From Christensenellaceae bacterium (GTDB taxonomy: Bacteria; Bacillota; Clostridia; Christensenellales; Borkfalkiaceae): DNA of 64,000 nucleotides. The stretch is taken from NCBI GenBank assembly GCA_045651665.1, contig JAZRSR010000022.1, positions 17,116 to 81,115 on the forward strand, given 5' to 3'. Both the position numbers and the translations under genes were made by a program. The notes under the pieces were generated by a model. The model was given only the letters and a program-made list of their open reading frames with translations. It had not been told where the DNA came from and made no database searches. This document shows, piece after piece, positions 10,102-18,254 of the stretch (the first letter of the stretch is position 1; each line of letters opens with the position of its first letter).

Positions 10102-11052
10102 TTAGAGCATATCTATTAAAAATTCTGCTGGTTCTTTTTCTTCAATTTTTTGTAGTGCGTTTTCAAAGTGCTTTGGGGCGTATTCAAACTTGTAAATAGG
10201 AAGTTTGAAATACGATAAGTCGATTGCTTTTTGAGCAAGTAAGTTTATGCTTGCTTGAACGTTAGAATTTCCGTCTTTTACGAAAATTACGTTGAGTTGT
10301 TTTTCAAAAGCAAACGAACAAGAAAGTTTTGTCTTCGTTGAATTAATGCCTGTTACGCCAACGTCTGCGCCCTCACACGCTATTTTATCAACAACGTCAA
10401 CGTTTGCTTGAGAATCGTTAACGTAAATAATTTTACTACATTTTCTGCCACCCGTGATTGCTAAAACTTCGCTTTCAAGGTTTTTATCGTTTGCAAGGGT
10501 ATAGTAAACGTTTGTCTTATGCGCAGTTTCTAAATTCTTTTGACAAGAGTCGATTAATATAGGAACGGACTGATAGTACATTATAAGTTGGGCAATAACG
10601 TTTGCAAGGTGAGAACCGCCTATAACTGCAACGTGATTTCCTTTTTCAACTTTAAGTTTATCAATAACCGTTATTGCGAGTGATAAATGGTTGATAAACA
10701 AAGCATCGTCTTCAGATACGCTTTGAGGTAAAACGTGGATTTCACTCTTTGGCATAATAACAAAGTCGCGAAGATAACCGGAAGTTAAATCGTCGTACTG
10801 TGGAGCAAGGTAAACTCTTGAACCTTTTTCTACGTAACTGCTTTCTTGAAGGGTTTCAACCACTTGACCAACCGCTATAGAGCAGGGTGTAAACGGGTAT
10901 TCGCGCTTAACGTCGCCATTAAAGAGAGCCAAGTCGTTAAGAGAGATAAAACATTTTGTAGTTTTAACTTTAACTTGGTCAACGCTTTCTAAATTTTCAG
11001 TTGTGGTAATACCGCCGAGATGTTTCGGCTCTAATACTTGCCAATTATTCAT
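10102..11052 (-). CDS. Medium-chain dehydrogenase/reductase (zinc-ADH-like) family protein with degenerate catalytic motifs
   Basis: GroES-like N-domain plus a Rossmann-like VAVIGGSHLANV. The canonical GxCGSDxH and GHE zinc-ligand motifs are replaced by KCFISLNDLALF and PCS. ATG 11052 gives MNNWQVLEP. Confidence 0.55.
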   Translation of the reverse strand: MNNWQVLEPKHLGGITTTENLESVDQVKVKTTKCFISLNDLALFNGDVKREYPFTPCSIAVGQVVETLQESSYVEKGSRVYLAPQYDDLTSGYLRDFVIMPKSEIHVLPQSVSEDDALFINHLSLAITVIDKLKVEKGNHVAVIGGSHLANVIAQLIMYYQSVPILIDSCQKNLETAHKTNVYYTLANDKNLESEVLAITGGRKCSKIIYVNDSQANVDVVDKIACEGADVGVTGINSTKTKLSCSFAFEKQLNVIFVKDGNSNVQASINLLAQKAIDLSYFKLPIYKFEYAPKHFENALQKIEEKEPAEFLIDML

Positions 11053-11133
11053 ATATAATATTATACCAAGATTAAAATTATTTTGCAAGTGAATAAAAAA
11101 ATAAAAAAACACTAAAAATTAACGTAAAATAAG

Positions 11134-11162
11134 TTGACTTAAGGGGAAATATAATATATAAT
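11134..11162 (+). promoter_or_regulatory. Sigma-A-type promoter for rpmE
   Basis: TTGACT, a 17-nt spacer, then TATAAT. Confidence 0.6.
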
Positions 11163-11194
11163 ATCAAAGTAATAAAATTGTGAGAGGTGATAAT

Positions 11195-11398
11195 ATGAAA
11201 GATAATATTCATCCTAATTATAAAAACGTAAAAGTTCAATGTGCTTGCGGTGCATCGTTCATTACTGGTACAACTAAAAACGTTGACGTGTTAAAGGTTG
11301 ATATCTGTTCTAAATGCCACCCGTTCTTCACCGGTAAACAAAAACTCGTTGATACTGGCGGACGTGTAGATAAATTCAAGAAAAGATACGGCATTTAA
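11195..11398 (+). CDS. rpmE: 50S ribosomal protein L31 (zinc-binding type)
   Basis: MKDNIHPNY start with CxC...[10 protein letters not shown] cysteine motifs. Preceded by GAGAGGTGA and a consensus promoter. Confidence 0.95.
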   Translation: MKDNIHPNYKNVKVQCACGASFITGTTKNVDVLKVDICSKCHPFFTGKQKLVDTGGRVDKFKKRYGI

Positions 11399-11432
11399 TT
11401 TATCTACTAAAATAATACCAAGTAGGTACATC

Positions 11433-11461
11433 AGCTCTAAGATTAGTCTTAGAGCTATTTT
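11433..11461 (+). terminator. Intrinsic terminator after rpmE
   Basis: AGCTCTAAG-ATTAGT-CTTAGAGCT followed by ATTTT. Confidence 0.7.
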
Positions 11462-11476
11462 AATATATTGATCATT

Positions 11477-13270
11477 ATGAGTAAAGAAAAGAAATTATCA
11501 ACCATCGGTGGCCAAGCGGTTATCGAAGGCGTTATGATGAAAGGTAAAACGTCGCAAGCAATCGCCGTTAGAAGTGAAAACGGCGACGTTTTGATTGAGT
11601 CAAAAAGATTGAAAAAACCAAGTAAAATCGCAAAAATTCCATTTATAAGAGGAGTTGTTGCTCTCTTTAATTCTATGGTTGGCGGAACGGAATGTTTGAT
11701 GCGTTCGGCATCTGTTTTTGGAGAGGAAGAAACTTCTAAGTTTGATGACTGGCTTTCTAAAAAATTAAAAATAAGCGCAGTTGATATTGCGTCTTTTATA
11801 GGCGTAATCTTGGGGCTTGCGCTTTCGCTGTTTTTATTCTTTTATCTCCCTCAAGTTATAGCGGATCTGTTTTTACAACTTAATAATAACGTATTATTAT
11901 ATTGTTTAATTGAAGGGATAATAAGAATAATTTTATTTGTATCTTATATATTGTTAACTGGTTTACTCAAAGATATAAAGCGTACTTATATGTATCACGG
12001 TGCGGAACATAAAACTATTTCTTGTTATGAAAACGGGTTAAAGTTAACGGTTGAGAACGTTAAAAAGTGTTCTCGCGTTCACGATAGATGTGGAACAACC
12101 TTTATGTTTTTAGTAATGATAATAAGCATTTTGATGTTTGCTGTCGTAAATGCTATTTTTAGCGAGTTTGGCATTGAGTTTACGGGTGTTTTAGGTAAAT
12201 TGTTTAGGTTTTTAGTTAAACTTGCAACGTTGCCTATAATTGCCGGAATTAGTTATGAAATATTAAAACTCCTTGCAAAAACAAAGAGTAAATGGGTTAT
12301 CGTATTTAAGTTTCCAGGTCTTTTACTTCAACGTTTAACCACTAAAGAACCGACTGACGATATGATTGAAGTTGCAATCGCATCGTTTACGGAAGTTTTG
12401 AAGATGGATGAAGACCAAAGTATTCCTGAAAAAACCTTTAACGTTTACGGTAGCGTAAATACTCTTTACAACAAAGTTGTAACCGTTTTGAAAAAAGGGG
12501 AAATAGAAGATCTTTGCGATGCAGAGTGGATATTATCAAGAGTAACAGGTCTTTCTCGTAGCCAGATTATAGGTAGTAAAGAGCCCGTAACCAAAGAACA
12601 AACTGAAAAAGCGATGAGTTTTGCTAAAGAGAGGGCTAAAAAGATTCCGCTTGCATACGTTTTTGGAGATATGGATTTTTATGGATATTCTTTTAACGTT
12701 AACGATAGCGTTTTAATACCACGCCCCGAAACTGAAGAACTTGTTATGCACGCAATTAAAGAGATTAATATTGATAGTAGAGTTTTAGATTTGTGCTCGG
12801 GTTCAGGTGCGATAGGCATAACTGTAAACTTAAAAACCAACGCTAAAGTTACGCTTGTTGACGTTTCAAGTAAAGCAGTTGAAACTGCTAAATCAAACGC
12901 GCAAAAATTAGGCGCTAACGTAGAGTTTGTTCAGTCTAATATGTTTGAAAACGTGCAAGAAAAGTTTGATTTTATTCTTTCAAACCCGCCGTATATTAAA
13001 ACTGAAGATATAAAAGGTTTGCAAGAAGAAGTAAAAAACGAACCCGTTTTAGCGCTTGACGGTGGCGAAAGTGGGCTTGATTTTTATAAAATAATTGCTG
13101 AAAACGCTTATAAATTCTTAAATGATAACGGTACTATATATTTAGAGTGTGGAATTGGTCAAGCAGATAAAATTTCTAAACTTTTAGATAACGTTAAGGA
13201 ATATAAAAGCGTTGAAATTATAAAAGATATTAATAATATTGATAGAATTGTCAAGGCGGTTAAATTATGA
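11477..13270 (+). CDS. prmC: Fusion protein: N-terminal DUF1385 (YqhQ-like membrane domain) plus C-terminal release-factor glutamine N5-methyltransferase PrmC
   Basis: The N-terminal roughly 310 aa carry GGQAVIEGVMMKG, HGAEHK and TM helices (DUF1385 signature as I recall it). The C-terminal roughly 280 aa carry LIPRPETE, DLCSGSGAIG and SNPPYI (PrmC/HemK). It is one uninterrupted ORF whose stop overlaps the prfA start. Confidence 0.85.
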   Translation: MSKEKKLSTIGGQAVIEGVMMKGKTSQAIAVRSENGDVLIESKRLKKPSKIAKIPFIRGVVALFNSMVGGTECLMRSASVFGEEETSKFDDWLSKKLKISAVDIASFIGVILGLALSLFLFFYLPQVIADLFLQLNNNVLLYCLIEGIIRIILFVSYILLTGLLKDIKRTYMYHGAEHKTISCYENGLKLTVENVKKCSRVHDRCGTTFMFLVMIISILMFAVVNAIFSEFGIEFTGVLGKLFRFLVKLATLPIIAGISYEILKLLAKTKSKWVIVFKFPGLLLQRLTTKEPTDDMIEVAIASFTEVLKMDEDQSIPEKTFNVYGSVNTLYNKVVTVLKKGEIEDLCDAEWILSRVTGLSRSQIIGSKEPVTKEQTEKAMSFAKERAKKIPLAYVFGDMDFYGYSFNVNDSVLIPRPETEELVMHAIKEINIDSRVLDLCSGSGAIGITVNLKTNAKVTLVDVSSKAVETAKSNAQKLGANVEFVQSNMFENVQEKFDFILSNPPYIKTEDIKGLQEEVKNEPVLALDGGESGLDFYKIIAENAYKFLNDNGTIYLECGIGQADKISKLLDNVKEYKSVEIIKDINNIDRIVKAVKL

Positions 13271-14340
13271 CGAGTAAATTACAGTCGGTACTCGATAGGT
13301 TTGATAAACTTAACGAACTTATCTCCGATCCTCAAATAATATCGGATATTTCAAATTATAAAAAGTACACGAAAGAACTTTCCGATATAACTGAAACTGT
13401 TGAAAAAATTAAAGAACTTCAAAAAATTGAAAGCGAACGCGCTGATGCTGAACTTTTGATTTCTGGCGAAACCGATCAAGATATGAAAGAACTTTTATCT
13501 CAAGAGATAAAAGAACTTATTAAAAAACAAGCCGAAGTTAATAACGAACTTAAACTTTTACTTATTCCTAAAGACGAAAACGACGATAAGTCTGTTATCG
13601 TTGAAATTAGAGCGGGGGCAGGCGGAGAAGAAGCTGCGCTTTTTGCCTACGAACTCTATCGTATGTACGTTAACTTTTCTGATAAACACAGGTATAAATC
13701 TGAAGAGATTGACGGCAACTTTACCGAACTTGGTGGGGTTAAAGAAGTAACTTTCTCTGTTTCTGGTAACGGTGTTTACGGTAAGCTTAAGTTTGAAAGT
13801 GGCGTTCATAGAGTTCAACGCGTTCCCGAAACGGAATCGCAAGGTAGAATTCAAACGTCAACTGCTACCGTAGCAGTTCTTCCAGAAGCTGAAGACGTAG
13901 AAGTTAAAATTGATGAAAAAGAACTTAAAATCGATACTTACCGTTCTTCAGGCGCCGGTGGTCAACACGTTAATAAAACGGAAAGCTGTATTCGTATGAC
14001 GCATATTCCAACGGGAATAGTAGTAACTTGCCAAGACGAGCGTTCTCAAATTAAAAACCGAGAAAAGGCAATGAAAGTTATGAAGTCAAGGCTTTATGAT
14101 TATTATAATAGTCAATATCGTAAGGAATACGATGAGAACAGAAAAAATCAAATAGGCACGGGCGATCGTTCTGAAAGAATTAGGACTTATAACTTCCCGC
14201 AAGGAAGAATAACCGACCATAGAATAGGTTTTACGCTTTATAGCTTAGAAAACTTTTTATCGGGTAATATCGACGAAATGATCGAGGCTTTACAAATTGC
14301 CGATAGAGAAGCAAAACTTGCAAACGTAGAAGATAATTAA
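13267..14340 (+). CDS. prfA: Peptide chain release factor 1
   Basis: SGAGGQHVNKTES (GGQ) motif and a PET-like decoding-region motif (PEAEDVEV follows). The ATGA overlap with the upstream gene suggests translational coupling. Confidence 0.97.
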   Translation: MTSKLQSVLDRFDKLNELISDPQIISDISNYKKYTKELSDITETVEKIKELQKIESERADAELLISGETDQDMKELLSQEIKELIKKQAEVNNELKLLLIPKDENDDKSVIVEIRAGAGGEEAALFAYELYRMYVNFSDKHRYKSEEIDGNFTELGGVKEVTFSVSGNGVYGKLKFESGVHRVQRVPETESQGRIQTSTATVAVLPEAEDVEVKIDEKELKIDTYRSSGAGGQHVNKTESCIRMTHIPTGIVVTCQDERSQIKNREKAMKVMKSRLYDYYNSQYRKEYDENRKNQIGTGDRSERIRTYNFPQGRITDHRIGFTLYSLENFLSGNIDEMIEALQIADREAKLANVEDN

Positions 14341-14360
14341 AAAGTAATTATATAAAAATT

Positions 14361-14390
14361 ACCTATACTATATAAAGTATAGGTTTTTTT
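14361..14390 (+). terminator. Intrinsic terminator after prfA
   Basis: ACCTATACT-ATATAA-AGTATAGGT followed by TTTTTT. Confidence 0.8.
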
Positions 14391-14555
14391 ATGCATAAAA
14401 ACTATAAATCCGTCTACAGAAAACAAACACTTGTGTATTGTACGCCTACAACAATCTAAAAAATAATATTGAAATTTAGTTGATTTTATTTTTCTTTTGT
14501 ATTATGATATACGAAATAAGTTATTACACATATAATATTTAAGGAATATATCTAT

Positions 14556-15743
14556 ATGAAAATTTCTAAGAAAGCACAATCAGTTCCCGCATCAATGACG
14601 CTTGAAATAACGGCAAAGGTTAAAGAGCTTAAAAGCCAAGGCAAATCTATAATTGGATTTACAGCAGGTGAGCCTGATTTTAATACTCCCGAATATATTA
14701 TTAATAGCGCTAAGGAAGCTCTTGACAAAGGTCTTACTAAATACACGCCCGTTGCCGGTATGGTTGAACTTAAAGACGCTATTGTAAAAAAATTTAAGAG
14801 AGATAATAATCTTGATTACGAACCGTCGCAAATAGTGGTGTCAGACGGGGCAAAGGCTTCTTTATTCCACGCTATATACGCTATGGTGGACGAGGGGGAT
14901 GAAGTTATTATTCCCGCTCCGTTTTGGTTTACTTATGAAGAACAAGTTAAACTTGCAGGCGGTATTCCCGTAATAGTTCAAACGAAGGCTGAAAACGGAT
15001 ATAAAATTACTCCTGATGAACTTGAAAACGCAATTACTGATAAAACGGTAACGATTATTATTAACTCGCCGTCAAACCCTACGGGCGCTCTTTATAATGA
15101 ACAAGAGTTTATGGCTCTTTCAAAGGTTATTGAAAAACATAATTTAACCGTTATTTCGGATGAAATTTATGAAAAATTAATTTACGATGGGGTTAAACAC
15201 GTTTCAATAGCATCCATTTCTCCGTATATGAAAGAAAATACGGTAGTAATAAACGGTGTATCAAAAACATACGCTATGACTGGTTGGAGAATAGGATATC
15301 TCGCAGCGCCAAAGAGTTTAGCGAGCGCAATAAATAGAGTTCAAGGCCACAGCACTTCAAACGCGTGTTCCTTTGCTCAATACGCGTCTATTACAGCACT
15401 TAACGGTGGGGAAGAAGTTATTGAAATAATGCGTAAATCATTTGATGAGAGAAGAAAATATATGATTTCTCGCGCAAAAGAACTTGGGCTTGATTACGTT
15501 AAACCACAAGGAGCATTTTATTTGTTCTTAGATATTTCAAAACTCATAGGCAAGTCGTTTGGTGGTAAGGTTATAGACGGTAGCATGAGTTTTGCTTCTA
15601 TTTTAACTGAAAATGGAGTTGCGGTAATTCCAGGGCTTCCTTTCCATGCAGATAATTTTGTAAGGCTTTCATACGCTGTATCTCTTCAAGATATAAAAGA
15701 AGGTTTTGACAGAATTAAAACCTTTATAAGCAATTTGAAGTAA
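14556..15743 (+). CDS. Class I pyridoxal-phosphate aminotransferase (aspartate aminotransferase-like)
   Basis: INSPSNPTG and the SKTYAMTGWRIGY PLP-lysine motif; 395 aa. Confidence 0.88.
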   Translation: MKISKKAQSVPASMTLEITAKVKELKSQGKSIIGFTAGEPDFNTPEYIINSAKEALDKGLTKYTPVAGMVELKDAIVKKFKRDNNLDYEPSQIVVSDGAKASLFHAIYAMVDEGDEVIIPAPFWFTYEEQVKLAGGIPVIVQTKAENGYKITPDELENAITDKTVTIIINSPSNPTGALYNEQEFMALSKVIEKHNLTVISDEIYEKLIYDGVKHVSIASISPYMKENTVVINGVSKTYAMTGWRIGYLAAPKSLASAINRVQGHSTSNACSFAQYASITALNGGEEVIEIMRKSFDERRKYMISRAKELGLDYVKPQGAFYLFLDISKLIGKSFGGKVIDGSMSFASILTENGVAVIPGLPFHADNFVRLSYAVSLQDIKEGFDRIKTFISNLK

Positions 15744-15752
15744 AATTTATTA

Positions 15753-15790
15753 AAGCGCACGCTAAAAAATAGCGATGCGCTTATATTTTT
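15753..15790 (+). terminator. Intrinsic terminator after the aminotransferase gene
   Basis: AAGCGCACGCT-loop-AGCGATGCGCTT (one bulge) followed by a T-rich tail. Confidence 0.6.
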
Positions 15791-15823
15791 CAAAAAAAGT
15801 TGAATAAATTTCGCCTTTTGCTC

Positions 15824-15852
15824 TTGAAAATTACATATTTATCATATATAAT
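15824..15852 (+). promoter_or_regulatory. Sigma-A-type promoter for the P-loop/ThrC-like gene pair
   Basis: TTGAAA, a 17-nt spacer, then TATAAT. Confidence 0.55.
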
Positions 15853-15881
15853 AAAGATACAAACAAATCGGAGGATTTAAT

Positions 15882-16295
15882 ATGATTAAAATTGTTTACG
15901 GACCAAAAGGCTTTGGTAAAACCAAAATTATGCTTGATAAAGTTAATGAAGCTGGTAGTAATGCTAAGGGTAACGTTGTTTTTATAACGGATAAACGTTT
16001 TAACACCGTTAACGTTAACTTCAACGTAAGATGCGTTTATACTGAAGAACACGACATTGTGGGCTCGGTTGCGTTTAACGGTTTTATTAACGGTTTACTT
16101 GCTGGTAACAGCGATATTGAATACGTTTTCGTTGACGGGCTTAAGAGAATTATTGGTAACGATATGGAAGGTGGCGAAGTATTGTTCAAATCTATTAAAC
16201 AACTTCAAGAAGAATATCCTGACCTTAAATTCGTTATTTCAGTAAGCGCGGCGCGTGAAGATCTTCCCGCGTACGTTGCAGAACTTATCGATTAA
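15882..16295 (+). CDS. Small P-loop NTPase-like protein of unknown function
   Basis: Walker A GPKGFGKT (nt 15900-15923) and a Walker-B-like YVFVDG. Good RBS (GGAGGA) and its own promoter. No family recognised. Confidence 0.5.
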   Translation: MIKIVYGPKGFGKTKIMLDKVNEAGSNAKGNVVFITDKRFNTVNVNFNVRCVYTEEHDIVGSVAFNGFINGLLAGNSDIEYVFVDGLKRIIGNDMEGGEVLFKSIKQLQEEYPDLKFVISVSAAREDLPAYVAELID

Positions 16296-16296
16296 T

Positions 16297-17175
16297 ATGA
16301 ACGTGGATAATAAAACTACAAAGGCAAAAATCGGCTGGTATAATTTACCTGCCGATTTTCAATGTCTTGATATTAAATATTTAGATGAGTTAAAGGATAA
16401 AACTTTTGAAGAAAGAATTATCGGCTTATACCATCGTTTTACGGGCAAAACTTTAACTTTAGATGCTTTTGCAAAGGTTAAAGTAAGTGAGTTTCCCGCA
16501 AGCGTTGTAAGTGTTGACGATACTATTTGCGCTTTAGAACTTTTTGATGGAGAAAACTTAAATTATAAAGATTATTTTTTTGATGATACTCTTTTAGGGC
16601 AAGTTGTTTCACTCGCCGTTACGATAGTATCTTCTTACGTTGATTTGTTTGATAGCGGAATAATTGAACTTGGAGAAAATATAAACGTTGCTACCGATTT
16701 ATCGGATGGCAGATTTTTACTTGCATTATATCTTCTAAAATATGCAAAACTTCCGATAGAAACTGTAATTTTTGGGGTTAAAACACCTGTTGAAGAGTTT
16801 GTTAAAGGGTTTTCTTTTCAAACGGTAATGAAAGGTGAGTGTGAAGAAATTACGCGTGCTTTTTTTGAAGAAACTGATTACGTTTTAGATCCTGTTTCTG
16901 CAAACGGTATGGTAGCTTGCGATTTATTTTATTCAGATTATGATGATGACAATATTACGCTTTTATTGTCGCTTGTTTCGCCTTTTTTAACGGCGAGAAA
17001 CGTTCTTAAAAACCTAACTAACATTAATGAAATATCGGTTGATAAGGCGATTAATAAGTTGAGTTTAATTACTGCGCTTGAAATTCCAAAAGCAATCGAA
17101 GATAAAACCGTTCTTCCTTTTTATTCAACTGAAAGTGATTTTTCTGTGAAAGATGCACTCGAAATAGTAAAATAG
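16297..17175 (+). CDS. Threonine-synthase-like protein (short, probably catalytically degenerate)
   Basis: CALELFDGENLNYKD (nt 16534-16572) mirrors the ThrC LELFHGPTLAFKD PLP-lysine region. The downstream TSGDTG-type loop is not conserved. It is only about 292 aa. ATG 16297 lies 1 nt after the upstream stop. Confidence 0.5.
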   Translation: MNVDNKTTKAKIGWYNLPADFQCLDIKYLDELKDKTFEERIIGLYHRFTGKTLTLDAFAKVKVSEFPASVVSVDDTICALELFDGENLNYKDYFFDDTLLGQVVSLAVTIVSSYVDLFDSGIIELGENINVATDLSDGRFLLALYLLKYAKLPIETVIFGVKTPVEEFVKGFSFQTVMKGECEEITRAFFEETDYVLDPVSANGMVACDLFYSDYDDDNITLLLSLVSPFLTARNVLKNLTNINEISVDKAINKLSLITALEIPKAIEDKTVLPFYSTESDFSVKDALEIVK

Positions 17176-17187
17176 TTTGAATATAGT

Positions 17188-17216
17188 TTGATTTTTTGAA
17201 ATTGGTATGATATACT
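17188..17216 (+). promoter_or_regulatory. Sigma-A-type promoter for trpS
   Basis: TTGATT, a 17-nt spacer ending TGA (extended -10 TG), then TATACT. Confidence 0.5.
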
Positions 17217-17231
17217 TATTAATAAGTATAT
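17210..17231. promoter_or_regulatory. Perfect 22-bp palindrome overlapping the trpS -10 and transcription start (candidate operator)
   Basis: ATATACTTATT|AATAAGTATAT has 11-bp arms, no spacer and no mismatch. Confidence 0.4.
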
Positions 17232-17246
17232 ATTATTGGTGGTATT

Positions 17247-18254
17247 ATGTCTGAAAAAACGACTTTGTTCTCCGCAGTTCAACCTAGCGGAATCCCTACT
17301 ATAGGTAATTACGTTGGTGCAATATCTAACTTTGTGAAGCTTCAAGACGAATATAATTGTATATATTCGATTGCGGACCTTCATTGTTTAACCGTGCGTC
17401 AAAATCCTGCCGAATTGAGAAAGGCTACGCAAGAACTCCTTGCTTTATACGTTGCGTGTGGTATTGATCCTGAAAAATCTATTTTATTCGTTCAATCTCA
17501 CGTTTCCGCTCACGCTGAACTCACTTGGATACTTAACACTTTGACTTATCCTGGCGAACTTAATAGGATGACGCAATTTAAGGATAAATCTCGCTCGCAC
17601 GCTGATAACGTTAACATTGGTTTGATGGATTATCCCGTACTTATGGCGTCTGATATTTTGCTTTACAATACTGCGGTGGTTCCCATTGGCGCAGATCAAA
17701 AGCAACACCTTGAACTTACTCGTGATTTAGCAATAAGATTTAACGGTAGATATAGCGATACTTTCGTAGTTCCAGAGCCTATTATTCCTAAATACGGCGC
17801 AAGAATTATGTCGCTTGCCGATCCTAATAAAAAAATGAGTAAGAGCGATGAAAACGTTAATGCTTACGTTTCAATGTACGACGATACTGATACGATTATT
17901 CGTAAGTTCAAGCGCGCTGTAACCGATAGTGATAATAAAATTTGTTTCGATCCTGAAAATAAGGGTGGAATATCTAACCTTTTAACTATTTACTCTTGTT
18001 TTGCCGGTGTTTCTATTGAAGATGCTGAAAAAGAGTTTGAGGGTAAGGGTTACGGTGAGTTTAAGATTAAAGTTGGCGAAGCGGTTGCAGAAGGCATTAA
18101 GCCTATAAGCGAAAAGCGCAACGCATTGCTTAAGGATAAGGCATATCTTGATTCTATTATGGTAAGTGGTGCTGAAAGCGCTAATAGAATCGCAAGAAGA
18201 ACTTTATCAAAAGTTTATAGAAAAGTTGGACTTTATAGTCCTGAAAGGAAGTAA
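17247..18254 (+). CDS. trpS: Tryptophan--tRNA ligase
   Basis: Class I aaRS with PSGIPTIGNY (HIGH-like) and KMSKSD motifs; 335 aa. Confidence 0.95.
   Translation: MSEKTTLFSAVQPSGIPTIGNYVGAISNFVKLQDEYNCIYSIADLHCLTVRQNPAELRKATQELLALYVACGIDPEKSILFVQSHVSAHAELTWILNTLTYPGELNRMTQFKDKSRSHADNVNIGLMDYPVLMASDILLYNTAVVPIGADQKQHLELTRDLAIRFNGRYSDTFVVPEPIIPKYGARIMSLADPNKKMSKSDENVNAYVSMYDDTDTIIRKFKRAVTDSDNKICFDPENKGGISNLLTIYSCFAGVSIEDAEKEFEGKGYGEFKIKVGEAVAEGIKPISEKRNALLKDKAYLDSIMVSGAESANRIARRTLSKVYRKVGLYSPERK

Noticed and set aside
17176-17246. Possible T-box riboswitch upstream of trpS.
   Set aside because: The intergenic region is only about 70 nt, and I see no specifier-loop/antiterminator architecture or T-box consensus (AATTAGAGTGGAACCGCG-like). 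It is too short for a T-box.
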